A DNA stretch of 63,658 nucleotides, filler included, from Octopus bimaculoides (lineage: Eukaryota): NCBI RefSeq assembly GCF_001194135.2. It is 4 parts of 3 records of this genome, joined end to end, with 100 filler letters (N's around TTAATTAATTAA, not from the genome) between each part and the next. Parts side by side here need not be neighbours in the genome. Positions count along the whole stretch, not along the records: positions 1 to 31,666 come from NC_068994.1; 3 more parts are not named here. One strand, 5' to 3'. The stretch's first letter is position 1. Every line of letters begins with the position of its first letter. A model generated the notes under the pieces. The model searched no databases, was not told the DNA's origin, and saw only the letters and a list, made by a program, of their open reading frames with translations. Positions 1-13,350 of this stretch are shown piece by piece. Position numbers and translations under genes: made by a program.

Positions 1-137
1 GAGATGCAAATTGTCGTTTCAAATAAGAAACAATTATGAAAAAAGCATAAAGCAACAAAGTATTAAAAAATATCAAAAATATGAAAAGAAAAATATGGAA
101 TTCTTCACATGTATTAGAAAACAATTATTATTTTACC

Positions 138-193
138 ATAACAATCATCATCATCATCATCGTCGTCATCAACATCAGCATCATCATCGTCGT

Positions 194-229
<36 letters not shown>

Positions 230-412
230 AAGCAGCATGAGCACCAGTATCAGCATCAGTTCCCTTCGTCGTCATCACAATCATCATAATCATCATCATC
301 TTCATTATAACTTGAACATTTTTTGTAATTTATAAGCACTTTTATTGCTTCATGATGATGATGACGACAACGACGACGATGACGACGATGAAGACGGTAA
401 CGATGATGATGT
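138..412. repeat. Compound (CAT)/(CAG)/(GAT/GAC) trinucleotide tract
   Basis: Directly visible; explains the His/Gln-rich pseudo-ORFs. Confidence 0.95.
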
Positions 413-755
413 TCAGCTCATTTCATCCCCCGACCTGTCACCCATTTCATGTACTTATTTATTCCGATGGCCAGATTGATAAGACACTATGTTACCCATC
501 TAAGGGATAATAAATATCCAGTATACTAGTGGATGTATAGCTATTTATAGTCAAAGGCTTACTGATGCACGGCAATGGTACAATTGGATAAGAGGTACAA
601 GTGGAGTTAAACAAAAGTTTATCCAGAGTTTATAAAGCAAGGCAGAAAATGGAGAAGAGATTCAATTGACAAACATCAGTAAGATTTATTTACTATAATC
701 ATAGGAATAAATAAATAAATAAATACAACTTTATTTATTTATCTATTCCTATGAT

Positions 756-822
<67 letters not shown>

Positions 823-826
<4 letters not shown>

Positions 827-1133
827 AGGCGAGAAAATAGAGAAGTAATTAATAAATTATTATTTATTAATTAAACAATTGACAAACATCCCTTACAGCT
901 GTTTCAATTCAGACCCTCAGAAAATTATCAGAGGTAGATAAAGATATGCAAAATAGTTGTTCGATTCCTGCATGTTGAATAAACGGCTGCAAACCGTTAA
1001 TTTTAATTTAATTTTTTAATTTAATCAATTTTCTGAGGGTCTAAATTGAAACAACTGTAAGGGATGTTTGTCACATTTGTTAATAAATAATAATGATTTA
1101 AAAAAAATTATCTCTCTATTTTCTCATCCTATC
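823..1133. mobile_element. MITE / foldback element with long imperfect inverted arms
   Basis: gacaaacatcccttacagctgtttcaattcagaccctcagaaaatt (881-926) is inverted at 1028-1072, and gagaaaatagag (831-842) is inverted near 1114-1125. Confidence 0.75.
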
Positions 1134-1618
1134 ATTGTAATAAATAAATATATATAAACCACGGTTTATACAGTTACCTTGCAGTGGAGTATTAAATACA
1201 AAGTTCAATACTCTTTGTACAGGTAACTAACCAGTACTTTCATAGGATTTTGCTATCCCTTAATGAGATTTGTAACCTTTAATTGTGCTTCTATAAACAC
1301 ACAAACACACACACACGCACACATATCTATGCAATTTGACTGTTGGCACTATGATCGTTTTCCCGTGCCCCAATAATAACCTAAGATCGAAACGTTCATC
1401 GTGCCAGGTTTTAAATAGAAAGACGAAAAACTACATTTGTATCATGTATTGAGTACTACTTCTAGAAGGAATCTTACTTCGGGTGGGTCAATTTCAACAG
1501 TGATAATATGTGTGTGTATGTCTCTGTGTTGGTGTCTATGGGTAACTGCATGTGTGTATAAGTGTATGTGTGTGTATGTGTGTACACGCACGCGAGCGTC
1601 TCTCTTTCTCTCTCTCAC

Positions 1619-1657
<39 letters not shown>

Positions 1658-2371
1658 NNNNNNNNNNNNNNNNNNNNNNNNNNNNNNNNNNNNNNNNNNN
1701 NNNNNNNNNNNNNNNNNNNNNNNNNNNNNNNNNNNNNNNNNNNNNNNNNNNNNNNNNNNNNNNNNNNNNNNNNNNNNNNNNNNNNNNNNNNNNNNNNNNN
1801 NNNNNNNNNNNNNNNNNNNNNNNNNNNNNNNNNNNNNNNNNNNNNNNNNNNNNNNNNNNNNNNNNNNNNNNNNNNNNNNNNNNNNNNNNNNNNNNNNNNN
1901 NNNNNNNNNNNNNNNNNNNNNNNNNNNNNNNNNNNNNNNNNNNNNNNNNNNNNNNNNNNNNNNNNNNNNNNNNNNNNNNNNNNNNNNNNNNNNNNNNNNN
2001 NNNNNNNNNNNNNNNNNNNNNNNNNNNNNNNNNNNNNNNNNNNNNNNNNNNNNNNNNNNNNNNNNNNNNNNNNNNNNNNNNNNNNNNNNNNNNNNNNNNN
2101 NNNNNNNNNNNNNNNNNNNNNNNNNNNNNNNNNNNNNNNNNNNNNNNNNNNNNNNNNNNNNNNNNNNNNNNNNNNNNNNNNNNNNNNNNNNNNNNNNNNN
2201 NNNNNNNNNNNNNNNNNNNNNNNNNNNNNNNNNNNNNNNNNNNNNNNNNNNNNNNNNNNNNNNNNNNNNNNNNNNNNNNNNNNNNNNNNNNNNNNNNNNN
2301 NNNNNNNNNNNNNNNNNNNNNNNNNNNNNNNNNNNNNNNNNNNNNNNNNNNNNNNNNNNNNNNNNNNNNNN

Positions 2372-2430
<59 letters not shown>

Positions 2431-2715
2431 AATAGTAACGTGGGAGTGATAAAGATACACACTGAGAGAGATGGAGAGAGAGAGAAACAGACAGACAGAC
2501 AGATAGAGAAAGTATGTGTGTACGTGAGTGTGTGCGTGTGTGTGTGTATAGGAGTGAAAGATGTAAGAGCGGAGTGATGAGAAACGAGTGTTTAATATAC
2601 ATACCTGCATATTATATATGCACTTGCACGTATATATCTACATGTATGCATATATATAAGTATATATTTGTGTGTACGTATGTACGTATGTATGTATGTA
2701 TGTATGTTTATATAT

Positions 2716-2780
<65 letters not shown>

Positions 2781-3399
2781 AATAGATATAGATATAGATA
2801 TAAAGAGAGACAGATAGATAAATGAATAGCAAGATAGAGAGGTAAGTTGATCGACAGACAGACAGACAGACAAACTGATAGACGAACAGGCAAACATAGA
2901 TAGATGAACATATGGATTGATAGATACATAACAAGATAGATGGATAGATCGATAGATAGACGGTAAGTATAGAGAAAGAGAGAGAGAGAGAGAGAGAGAG
3001 TGTGGGAAAGAGCCAAAAGATAGAGAGGGGTTGGTGAGAAAGGAACAGAAACAGAGACTTTTAAGAAGAGAATGTAAGAGAGAAAGAGAGGGGGGAGGGA
3101 AGATAAATAAGGAAGAAACGATGAAAACAATAACAACAACAACGAAGTTGAAACCATTTCCACTACCTTTTCCCCCTCCCTCCCTTCCTCCTCCTCCTTC
3201 TCCATATCACGGAATATAAGAAGGTTTGATTCTGACAGGAAATCTCATTAAAAGATAACCAATTTCACATCTCAATTGGCATCACTTCTGACACCACCAC
3301 CACCACTACTGTAATCATCATCACCATCATCACCATCATCACCATCATCATCATCATCATCATTAGCAGCAGCAGCAGCAGCAGCAGTAGCAGCGGCAC

Positions 3400-3830
3400 T
3401 CTGTCCATCTTGGTGCGTGAGCGTATTCTGCAATCCGGTTTCTCATCTCCGTCGATATCATTTCAGTGCTATTGCTGTCGGAAAGGTGTAAATGACAGTC
3501 CATCTTCTTCCATACTATTATCAGGCGGTAATAGATGGCGGAGGTGATGTAATTGACCCTCAGGGATAGCTCTCTCGGCCCATTTCTGGGTGAGATTGGT
3601 CACCCTGCTCGTCAATTGGTCGCAGTTTTTCCCTCACTTGGAGATCTGGATTAAACCATACCCTGTGCAATTTGATTGGTTCCTCCATTCTGTCTACCTT
3701 GACGCAGTTGGACGTCATGGACCTGCCATTCCAGATGTCAAGTTGCAGGTTCGCTGACTTCTTGGTTCGTTTTGGTTCGTGTCACCGCTTCGAGTCCCTT
3801 TAAGTGTGGTTGGTCACCCCGATGTCCCTA
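3400..3830 (-). mobile_element. Probable RTE-type LINE 5' / endonuclease remnant
   Basis: The minus strand reads KKSANLQLDIWNGRSM (compare L.IGTWNVRSM). It shares tctctcggccc..tctgggtgag.ttgg with about 27010-27050. Confidence 0.4.
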
Positions 3831-4001
3831 CTGTCCGACACTATTACAATAAAGTTGTTTGCATTTGCCGACGTAGATCTGCATCCGATTTCCAACGAGA
3901 TGCCCTTCAATGTCTCTAGTTTCCACAGAAAAATTACTCAAGAATTGGTACATAAAGATGAAACGGGAGAAAACAGTCTTGACAGACGGAGAGCATTTAC
4001 A

Positions 4002-4054
<53 letters not shown>

Positions 4055-4139
4055 ACCAAATGGAGTACTTTTTTGTTGATTCTACCTGTGTATGTGTGTT
4101 AACTTTGTCTCATTTTGAAAATCGAAGTGGACCGTGGGA

Positions 4140-5420
4140 CAAAACAGTTCGTTTTCAGTTTCAAAGTTCTTTTACCAATATATTTTGATCTGATGATATA
4201 TTCGTATCACTTTTAATTTGCACTTCTTGTTTCTGTTGTCTTTTACTACAATATCTGGTCTGTTAACTTGATTGTCAGCACAGTTTCATGTAACTCGGGT
4301 AAGTGCAGTATCGGGTAAGTGCAGTATCGGGTAGTGTAAATCTCTGCATTTTGTGCATATTCGTAAGGCTGCTGTTTTGGTTATACATTCGTATTTATGA
4401 TTTTCGATCATTTCCAAAGCTATTATTATAGTCATTATTTCTGTTTTCTGCCTCCTATTTGGCTTCCTCTATGTCCAGATCAGAAGATTTGGACAAATTC
4501 TCAATTTCGTTTTTTGATAGATTACCATATGTCGAGAGTGATACTTCGATTTGGAGGCATTTCCTTTCAAGGGGTCCTTCACAACAGTATCTGGTCAATT
4601 AGCCATAATCTCACCGAATGTGTATTTGCTCACCCCAGAGTATGATCGACTTTTCCTCGTGTATATCAATACCACTTTTTCCCTCCTGGTATTTCGTAAT
4701 GCTGACATGGCTTCCAGCGTAAAGTCCCAACGCTGTCATCCCTATAGATAGATTTATACTTTTCCGTGACTATGACTGAGCAAACAGAAGCAATATGGTT
4801 AACTGCTTCTTCACAAATTCCCCATGTCTTGCAGTTGCTGTATTCTGCTTCATGTTATTGATGGTTTCTCGTGAAGAGACTTTGATCTTGTGCTCAAATC
4901 AAGAAGCTTTCAATCTCACCTTTGCGTCCTGCGTTTCTCAGCCAGTATTGTGAATTTTCCTTATCTCTTTTCATGCCGTTCAGCTTTTACAGGTAGCGTA
5001 AGGGTTTTATTTTCTTGCTATCGCTCTATTATGACAGACCATAACGCCATTTTCAGCTTAGATGTTAGCCTTTTCCCAGTTTCCGTTGTGTCTTGTATTT
5101 TTCTTTATATTCATATCTATTATTTCAGCCTCTGTTTTGTATTTATTTGCCTTCTTCCAAGATTAAAAAAAAAAAAACTCAAAAAAACCGACAATTGTAT
5201 CGTTCGTATCATTATCCCTATATCTCTTGGTTTTTGGTCTTTCCATTGTTCTTTACAAGTTATTTCTCTGCTCTTACAACGATAACTTACAATGGTGGAT
5301 GTTTTATACTTTCCAGTTCGATAATACCCATAAGTGTCTATGTTCGGAGTAAATATAATCATTTTCGTCCAAACCCCAATTTTATATGCAACCCATGTTT
5401 GTGATGTTCCCTTCACCCGA
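4140..5420 (-). mobile_element. Highly decayed R4/Dong-type LINE C-terminal fragments (two RLE segments)
   Basis: The minus strand reads across frameshifts WKDQKP, C..CEEAVNHIASVCS, PDTVVKDP..KC, and a second NRPDIVVKDNRNKKC at about 4200-4280. A 16-bp tandem repeat (tcgggtaagtgcagta) lies at about 4296-4332 between them. Confidence 0.6.
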
Positions 5421-6329
5421 TGCCCCTTTAGCAAATAAAAGAAATCCTCGTTCTCGTAATAATCCTCCTTGTCATTGTCATCATCGGCGTGGAGGTCGTT
5501 TATATTGTTGCTTTGTAGTTATTAGTGCTGTTGTTGTTGTTCTTGCTACCATTATAGGGGTGATGTTTTAAAATGTCTACTGCGAATCCTCGTGATTGAC
5601 TGACATACGTCAGCCATATTGGAATATGCAAATTTCTTTTAAGGAATATAGCAGTGAAGACGTTGTGTGTGGGATGTAGTATTGTAGCAGAATGGATGGA
5701 TCAAGCAGTTTAGAGGATCATTAAGAACCAATCCATATCAAGTAGCTAGCTCCTATGTGTAAGGTGTGTGCGCGCGCGCCTTTGAGATAATATGTATGTG
5801 TATGTGCGTGTATGTATGTGTGTGTGTATGTAGAGTATAAGAATGGTAGGAAGTATGTGTGTGTGTGTGTGTGTGATAGATGTGTGGCATGTGCTAGTGT
5901 ATTGCGAATGTGTATATCTGTGCATATGTGTATATGTGTGTGTGTACATGCACGTATTTACTGAGCATAGATGAATGGTTAACAAAATTGTCTCGTAACC
6001 AAGAGGTCTTGAGTTCGATATGGTTTTCTATAGCCCCGGGTCAAGCCATGGCTTGAGAGAAAAAAACCCAGTCAGAGGGAAACTGTGTTGAAGCCGACGG
6101 AATGATTATTCCGGGTAGAGCTTTGTCCCACACACAGTTACACCGGAGAATTACATTAAGGGTTCGGCTGAGCTGCTTGTACAGATTCCTGCGACTTTCT
6201 GTTGCCATCCAATTCCATTCTTATGAATTTAACTCGGCAGATTGATACCCAATGAATCTTTCGTCAGCCGATTACACAACCGTGGCCACCACTCTTATGG
6301 ATGTGTTGAAGTTAATCTCTTCGTAGAGC

Positions 6330-6690
6330 TCGGTAATCCTAATCGTTTAATCCTCTAGGATTCCTCCGGTCAGCATCGATGTCAGAAATACCGTTGACTC
6401 AGTGGCGCTCTTCCGCTCCTCTTCACAATGCGGTATGCTGCAGTGCCACGACTGCGCCGTATCCTTGTCAGGGTGGCTGGGCGGGTGCTATGCCTTGCCA
6501 AAGGGCAGCCCATAACTATGCAGAGCACGGCCGTTACTCCTTGAAGTATTTTCAAAGTTTTCAGATACCCGTCTTGAGGGTACATGTGTCAATGGAGTAC
6601 TCGGCCATTCTACACGCTAATTTAAAAACTAAGCTGCTGAGTCGATGGAAAAAATGCTATAGTCGTCGCGGAAACCGACGAAGATCCAGT
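6330..6690 (-). mobile_element. Probable RTE-type LINE 3' remnant
   Basis: GC-richer block whose minus strand resembles the post-RT LAGH..RH..PA segment. Heavily frameshifted. Confidence 0.4.
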
Positions 6691-7028
6691 GACTGTGTGT
6701 ATAAATGATCGTGTATATATCTGTGCATAAGTATATGTATGTGTATGTATGTATGTATGTATGTGTACGTGTGTCCGACTGTGTGTGGATGTTGTTATTA
6801 TGTTGAAATGTTTATGGTGAAGCTAATTACGGCTGCTGCACTAATGAGTAGCTGGATAATTAGATCTCATAAACGGAGAATTAGAGGCAGAAGAAATAGG
6901 ATTTGAAAACGGGAACGAAATTGAAAATATTTGGAAACTGTGATTTGTAAGATTACGCGCGCGCGCGTGAGCATACACACTCATTCACACACTCGATTAT
7001 ACACTCTTACAAACAAGAACAGACAAAA

Positions 7029-7202
7029 GGATTAAGTCGATTAGATCGACCCCAGTGCGTAACTAGTACTTAATTTATCGGCCTCGAAAGGATGAAAGGC
7101 AAAGTTGACCTCGGCGGAATTTGAACTCAGAACATAAAGACAGACGAAATATCGCTAAGCATTTCGCCCGGCGTGCTAACGATTCTGCCATCTCGCCGCC
7201 TT
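7029..7202 (-). mobile_element. tRNA-derived SINE family A (Nin/Deu-like central domain)
   Basis: Head ggcggcgag.tggcagaatcgttagcacgccgggcg, B-box-like gagttcaaattcc, core gcctttcatcctttcg.gg.cgataaattaagtac. Confidence 0.85.
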
Positions 7203-7255
7203 ATTACAATAATAATATCGATACATATCGATGTTATTATTGTTGGTGTCGGAAA

Positions 7256-7466
7256 GCGGCGAGCTGGCAGAATCGTTAGCACGCCGGGCGAAATGTTTAA
7301 CGGTATTTCATCTTCGGCTACGTTCTGAGTTCAAATTCCACCGAGGTCGACTTTACGTTTCAGGCTCAATAAAATAGGAAGGAATTGAACACTAGGATCG
7401 TTGTAATCGACTTACTCCCTTCCCTCGAAATTGCTGGCCTTGTGCCAAAATTTGAAAGCAATATTA
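7256..7466 (+). mobile_element. SINE family A
   Basis: Same head and tail (ggccttgtgccaaaatttgaaa); divergent partner of 7029-7202. Confidence 0.85.
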
Positions 7467-7841
7467 ATATTTTTGGTGTTTGCGCTATTAACTCCATATT
7501 TAAAAAAACAACAGCAATAAAGTTAATTCTATAATTTAATTTATCCTTAGCTTAAAGGTTAATCCATCGCGATCTTTAAATAATAACAGAGGCGTCATTA
7601 TGGAGGAAGAAAATAATGACTAACTTTTGAAAACCAAATTAAATTATATAATGCCAACGTTAAATTTAGGTAGAAAATTGGCAGAATCTCATTAGAATGC
7701 CAGATAGAATGAATGCCTTGCGGTGTTTGCGTCGACTTCCTGTTCTCTGAGTTTAAACACCGCTGAGTAAACCAGATTAAATTTAAAGTCTAAACGAAAA
7801 ACAACGTTTTAGTTAATTTTACATTTACGCTTTAAATATTG

Positions 7842-8052
7842 GTTTTAAATTTTGGCACAAAGCCAGCGAGTTGGGGGAGGGGTAAGTCTATTACATCGAC
7901 CCCCAGTGCTTAACTGGTATTTATTTTATCGACTCCGAAAGGATGAAAGGCAAGGTCGACCTCACCGGAAATTGAACTCAGAACGTGAAGACGGATAAAA
8001 TGCAGCTAAACATTTTGTCCGGCGTGCTAACGATTCTTCCAGTTCGCCGGCC
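7842..8052 (-). mobile_element. SINE family A
   Basis: Full head, core and tail on the minus strand. Confidence 0.85.
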
Positions 8053-8230
8053 TTATTTAGCTTCGGCCCAAGACCACAAAATCAACAATCACAGGTGAGG
8101 TGGGAGTAGGAGAGAATCGATTTAGACCTTCAGTTATTGTTATTACTAGATTATTGCATCCCAAATGTACATCGATTCTGATCAGTGGCTCAACTTATAA
8201 AAAGCCCAGCTTTGACCGACATTCATAATA

Positions 8231-8480
8231 TTGGGTTGGTGCATAATTATTGCGGCTCTTTTTCAACAAATTTTATCCAACATAAACAATAACACTATTT
8301 GACAAAAACATCTTTAAATGACGATCTGACCGTCTGCCGAGCAAATGGGAAGCAGTAATTGAAGTAGATGGTGAATATGCTCCGGAATGATAATTTTTAG
8401 ATGTTTTTGTTACATGTTGTTATTATTTTTGCTGAATAAAATTTGCTGAAAAAAGCCGCAATAATTATGCACCAATCTAC
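8231..8480 (+). mobile_element. Mariner-derived MITE (250 bp) with TA target duplication
   Basis: TIR ttgggttggtgcataattattgcggct versus agccgcaataattatgcaccaatctac, with TA at 8229-8230 and 8481-8482. The interior retains the transposase C-terminus DRLPSKWEAVIEVDGEYAPE*. Confidence 0.9.
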
Positions 8481-8755
8481 TATTTCTTCCGAGGAACGCA
8501 CGCACCGAGCACATTGCTGCTGCTGCTGCCATTATCTAAAGTACACTGCTGATGCTATTCATCGATCTGGAGTAATGCTGCCGCTACAGATACATGATTA
8601 AATTATTAGTTAATTACTAAGATTATAATTTTAATGGTATTAGAGACATGCACTAATTGAAGACAAGTGATGGAAACGTGGTTTATCTCTCGCCATTTTA
8701 TATCAGTTGTGCTGTTTTCTGTCGCAAATTGGTGTTAAATTCAGATGGCGATGAC

Positions 8756-8962
8756 GGGCGGTGAGCTGGCAGAAGCGTTAGCACGCCGGATGAACTGCTT
8801 AACGACATTTCGTCTGGCTTTACGTTCTGAGTTCAGATCCCGCCGAAGTCGACTTTGCTTTTCGTCCTATCGAGATCGATAAAATAAGTACGAGTTGAGT
8901 ATTGGGGGTCAATGTAATCGACTTACCCCCTGCTGGCTTTGTGCCAAAATATGAAACCAATT
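8756..8962 (+). mobile_element. SINE family A
   Basis: Full head, core and tail. Confidence 0.85.
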
Positions 8963-9069
8963 TTAGAGTTAATGCCATTTATTCCGATGTATTCTCTTCT
9001 ATACCAATGGTTCTCTAAGAAAACTGATCAAGAATCCAACAAACATACACACACATATATAAATATGAA

Positions 9070-9101
<32 letters not shown>

Positions 9102-10429
9102 TATATGTTCAGCATCAACTGTCGAACAAACGAGAACTCGATAACGTAGGAGAGATATTAATATGTCTTGTTCTGGTTGAGTTTGTTTCTTTCTACTCTG
9201 AGTAATAACTTTCCGGAAGATTCCGTGCATTTACGGGTGAAACTCAGTGTAACAAGGGACTAGCTAGACCACGACAATCTTTCTATCTATCCATCTATCT
9301 ATCTATCTATTAATCAATTTATCTATCTATCTGTCTGTCTATCTATCTATCCATCCATCCATCTGTCTGTCTGTCTGTCTGTCTGTCTACCTATTTAACT
9401 ATCTTTATGTATGTGTATGTGTAAGAGAGAGAGAGTGAGGTGGGGGGGAGGAAAGAAAAAATGAAGAAAGGACGAAGGAAAGGAAAAAGGAAAAGAAGAA
9501 AGAAGGAAAGGAAGAAAGGAACAAAGAAGGAAAGGAAGAAAGAAAGAACGAAAGAAAGGAAGAAAGAAGGAAGAAAATGAAGAAGGAAGGAAAGGAAGAA
9601 TGAAAGCTGGAAGGAAAAGGAGAGAGAGAGAGAAAGGAAGAAAGGAAGAAGTTAGTAAGACGAAAAGAGAGATGAATTCTGACGTTTCGGGTTGGGCCCT
9701 GTTTCAAAGGAATTTTTGTTTACTAAAAACTATGGTCGGTAAAATTAATATTGATAACAATGACAGCTGCCGCAACAATATATCAGCAACAACAGCATCA
9801 AGATGAGAAAGAAATAGTGGAAAGCATCATGTCCGCCATAATCATGGGGTGTCGCTGTCCGGTAATATCATTTTATTGTGATACTAATTACGACTGAAAT
9901 ATTTGATAAGCGAACTATCTACGTAGATTGGAGGAAATTGCTGGAGACAAAGTTATTATTTAGTAATAAAGCACACACACACACACACACACACGGACAC
10001 ACACACATGGACACACACACACACANNNNNNNNNNNNNNNNNNNNNNNNNNNNNNNNNNNNNNNNNNNNNNNNNNNNNNNNNNNNNNNNNNNNNNNNNNN
10101 NNNNNNNNNNNNNNNNNNNNNNNNNNNNNNNNNNNNNNNNNNNNNNNNNNNNNNNNNNNNNNNNNNNNNNNNNNNNNNNNNNNNNNNNNNNNNNNNNNNN
10201 NNNNNNNNNNNNNNNNNNNNNNNNNNNNNNNNNNNNNNNNNNNNNNNNNNNNNNNNNNNNNNNNNNNNNNNNNNNNNNNNNNNNNNNNNNNNNNNNNNNN
10301 NNNNNNNNNNNNNNNNNNNNNNNNNNNNNNNNNNNNNNNNNNNNNNNNNNNNNNNNNNNNNNNNNNNNNNNNNNNNNNNNNNNNNNNNNNNNNNNNNNNN
10401 NNNNNNNNNNNNNNNNNNNNNNNNNNNNN

Positions 10430-10463
<34 letters not shown>

Positions 10464-10532
10464 GTATGTGTATGTATGAATGTATGTATATACACACACA
10501 TACACACATACGCTATAGAAAATAGACTGGGG

Positions 10533-10563
<31 letters not shown>

Positions 10564-11096
10564 AGAGAGACGGACAGACAGGAAAACAGACAGGCAAGGA
10601 CCTTCAGAAAGAGACAGAAAAGAAGAGAAAAACAGCACCAAACTCGACAGTCCTGAAATAGTTTACACGTTATGGTGAAGTTCTTTAAAAAAAAAAACCT
10701 AAAGGAATTTTCCATTAACCATTTTTTTATTGGAACGGAGATCTATATTGGAAGAGACTTTCTCGCTTCCACTAGTTTCTCTTTTGGGTAATTGAATTCT
10801 GTGAGAGACAATATCTCTGGTGTGTGTGTGAAAAGAAGTGTCCCCAAGTGTGCTTGAACAACAAGTGTGCATGGATATGACAGTGTTGTGTGTAAATAGG
10901 TAGATGAGAGGATATGACAGCTATTGGTAAGGCTAGAGTGTCTAGGTTAGAGCCTCCATATTTATGTGTGTATCCATGTATGTATACGTATGCATGTATG
11001 TTTATGTGTACGTATGTATATGCACGCATGTAAGAAACATATGTATGCAGACGTATGCTTGCCTAATAAGTATATATAACTATTTATACGCCCACG

Positions 11097-11183
<87 letters not shown>

Positions 11184-11189
11184 ATATTC

Positions 11190-11602
11190 TTTCTTTTATT
11201 CTTTTACTTGTTTCACTCATTTGAATGCGGCCATGCTGGAGCATCGCCTTTAGTCGGACAAATCGTTCCCAGGACTTATTCTTTGTAAGCCTAGTACTTG
11301 TTCTATCAGTGTCTTTTCTCGAGCCGCTAAGTTACGGGGACATAAACACACCAGCATCGGTTGTCAAGCTATGGTAGGGGGGACAAACATAGACACACAA
11401 ATACATACATACATATACATGTGTGTGTGTGTGTGTGTGTGTGTCTGTACGATGGTCTTCTTTCAGTTTCCGTCTACCAAATCCACTCACAAGGCTTTAA
11501 TCGTCCCAAGGCTCTAGTAGAAGACATTTGCCCAAGGTTCTATGCAGTGGAACTGATTCCGGAACTATGTGGTTGGGAAGCAAGCTTCTTACCACACAGC
11601 CA
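11190..11602 (-). mobile_element. tRNA-derived SINE family B (CORE-like ttgggcaa.tgtctt domain, internal microsatellite)
   Basis: Head ggctgtgtggtaagaagcttgcttcc, ccttgggcaaatgtcttctac, internal (CA)n, tail ccagcatggccgca..gaaacaagtaaaagaataaaagaa. Confidence 0.85.
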
Positions 11603-11910
11603 TTTTTGCACCCTATATATCTATATACGTGTATTTGTGTGGTTTACATTACATGTATATAAGTATATTATGAGTATATATATATCTATGTATATATATG
11701 CATATATATACCTACATATATATATATGAATATATATGTATATATATATATGAATATATATATATACATATATAATATATATATATATATGAATATATAT
11801 ATATATATGCATATATATACCTACATATATATATATGAATATATATGTATATATANNNNNNNNNNNNNNNNNNNNNNNNNNNNNNNNNNNNNNNNNNNNN
11901 NNNNNNNNNN

Positions 11911-11941
<31 letters not shown>

Positions 11942-12399
11942 CACACACCTACACACACACGTGTTTGAATTAATACGAAATCCAGTCAGTCCATTTTTGA
12001 CTACAAATAATTTGGTGCTATAATAGAAATGAAAAAGTGAAAGTAAATAAACGAAGGCAGAAAATACAGAATAATTAATCGAAAATGGAGAAAATTTAGA
12101 CTTAGGAAATATCAATCCATCAACAATAGGATGAGACGGGGTGAGGTGGAAGAAAGGGGGAAAGATCTAGAAGAAAAGTGTGTTGATGACCATGTATTTT
12201 TATGTAGTTAACCAACTGAAGATAACATGTCTTAGTTTCAAAGCAGATGCTAAGGAACTTGGTCATGCTACGTTTTGCATTTCACGAATAACTCTAATCC
12301 TATGATTAAAAAGGCTTCATGGCTGTATAGACTTTGTGGATATCTTTTTCTTTTTTGCAGCTGACCAAAGATTACATTTTTTGCTTCCATGCTTTAAGG

Positions 12400-12780
12400 A
12401 TTCAGATCATTCGATAAATTTTCATTTAATTTTTCAGGCAGAAGATTTTTCGTTTAACTATCTAATTTAGTTGGAAAATGTTGTCGTATTTCTCGATTTA
12501 GTCGTATTTCGTTTCAAGAAGAAGAATGCTCGTAGATATTTTCTTGAACTTCTCTCCAGGCATTACAGGTCGGGTTTCAGTTAACACGATTGAAAAGAAA
12601 AATCCCATCGGATTATGTGAAGTCAATGTTAAAGGACGATGTACAAACTGCCGGTCTTCTTTCTCGCACATCGACAAAGCTAAAAATGCTAAGCTGACCA
12701 CCCACGTATGGGGTTCGAAGACCAACTGCACACCACCTACAATTAAGTGGAGAATCATGGACAAATCTATGCCATAAGTT
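12400..12780 (+). mobile_element. Penelope-like element fragment (RT remnant plus GIY-YIG endonuclease)
   Basis: Reads NVVVFLDL, then IGLCEVNVKGRCTNCRSSFSH..AKLTTHVW.SK.N.TP.TIKWRIMDKSMP, matching the PLE pattern YIG..E..FK.RY.NH.SSF.....LS.HIW.LK.....IKW.I. Confidence 0.75.
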
Positions 12781-12829
12781 AATGAATGCGTAGCTAAAAG
12801 ATAGTACATTTTTTAAAACCTGAGAATTC

Positions 12830-13350
12830 TCCCACTCTACGTTATGTATGAGTGCAAAGGTGTTTGTGAAACATAGGTGCAGGATATTCTTTCTCCTTGT
12901 GGGTTGATGCACCATCTGCTCCATAAAGAGTGCGTCCGTGAAGTCAAGCAGAGACTCTGAATGCTTCCTATTTTGAAGTGGCATACTTGAAAGGGGACAA
13001 CCCTCTGGCCTTTTTACATGAGGGACATTGAAATCCCTTAAGAGAAGTATGTGCAGAGCGCTATCGAGATTCGTCAAAACATCTCTCATTCTTTGGAGGC
13101 ACACTTCAAATGGGTTCTCATGATCTGGCGCATCTGGTGGGCGACATGTGGCATACATTACCAACCTCATCTGTTTAATGTGTACTACCAGAGTATCACA
13201 TACAGTGTTGGAGTGCGACAAGAGTACCATGGACGTGACATAATTTCGGGTGTACATTGGCACTCCTCCACGTGACCTTTCTCGTCTGTAGCACGACATA
13301 CCCTGGTATGTGTACCTCGGCGTCCGATACAATCACATTGAGATGTGTTT
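12830..13350 (-). mobile_element. CR1/L2-like LINE apurinic endonuclease fragment
   Basis: Reads TETHL..DAEVHIPGY, RSRGGV.MY, RPPD, ILLLRDFN (GDFN), EQMVHQPTRRKNILHLCFTN (PTR..NILDL). Confidence 0.85.

Noticed and set aside
11-335. His/Gln-rich ORFs
   Set aside because: Trinucleotide microsatellite that is open in several frames, with no splice or domain support.
1437-2610. Long ORFs (300+ aa) spanning N runs, and similar ones throughout the window
   Set aside because: They are open only because N codons and dinucleotide repeats lack stops; there is no protein-like content.
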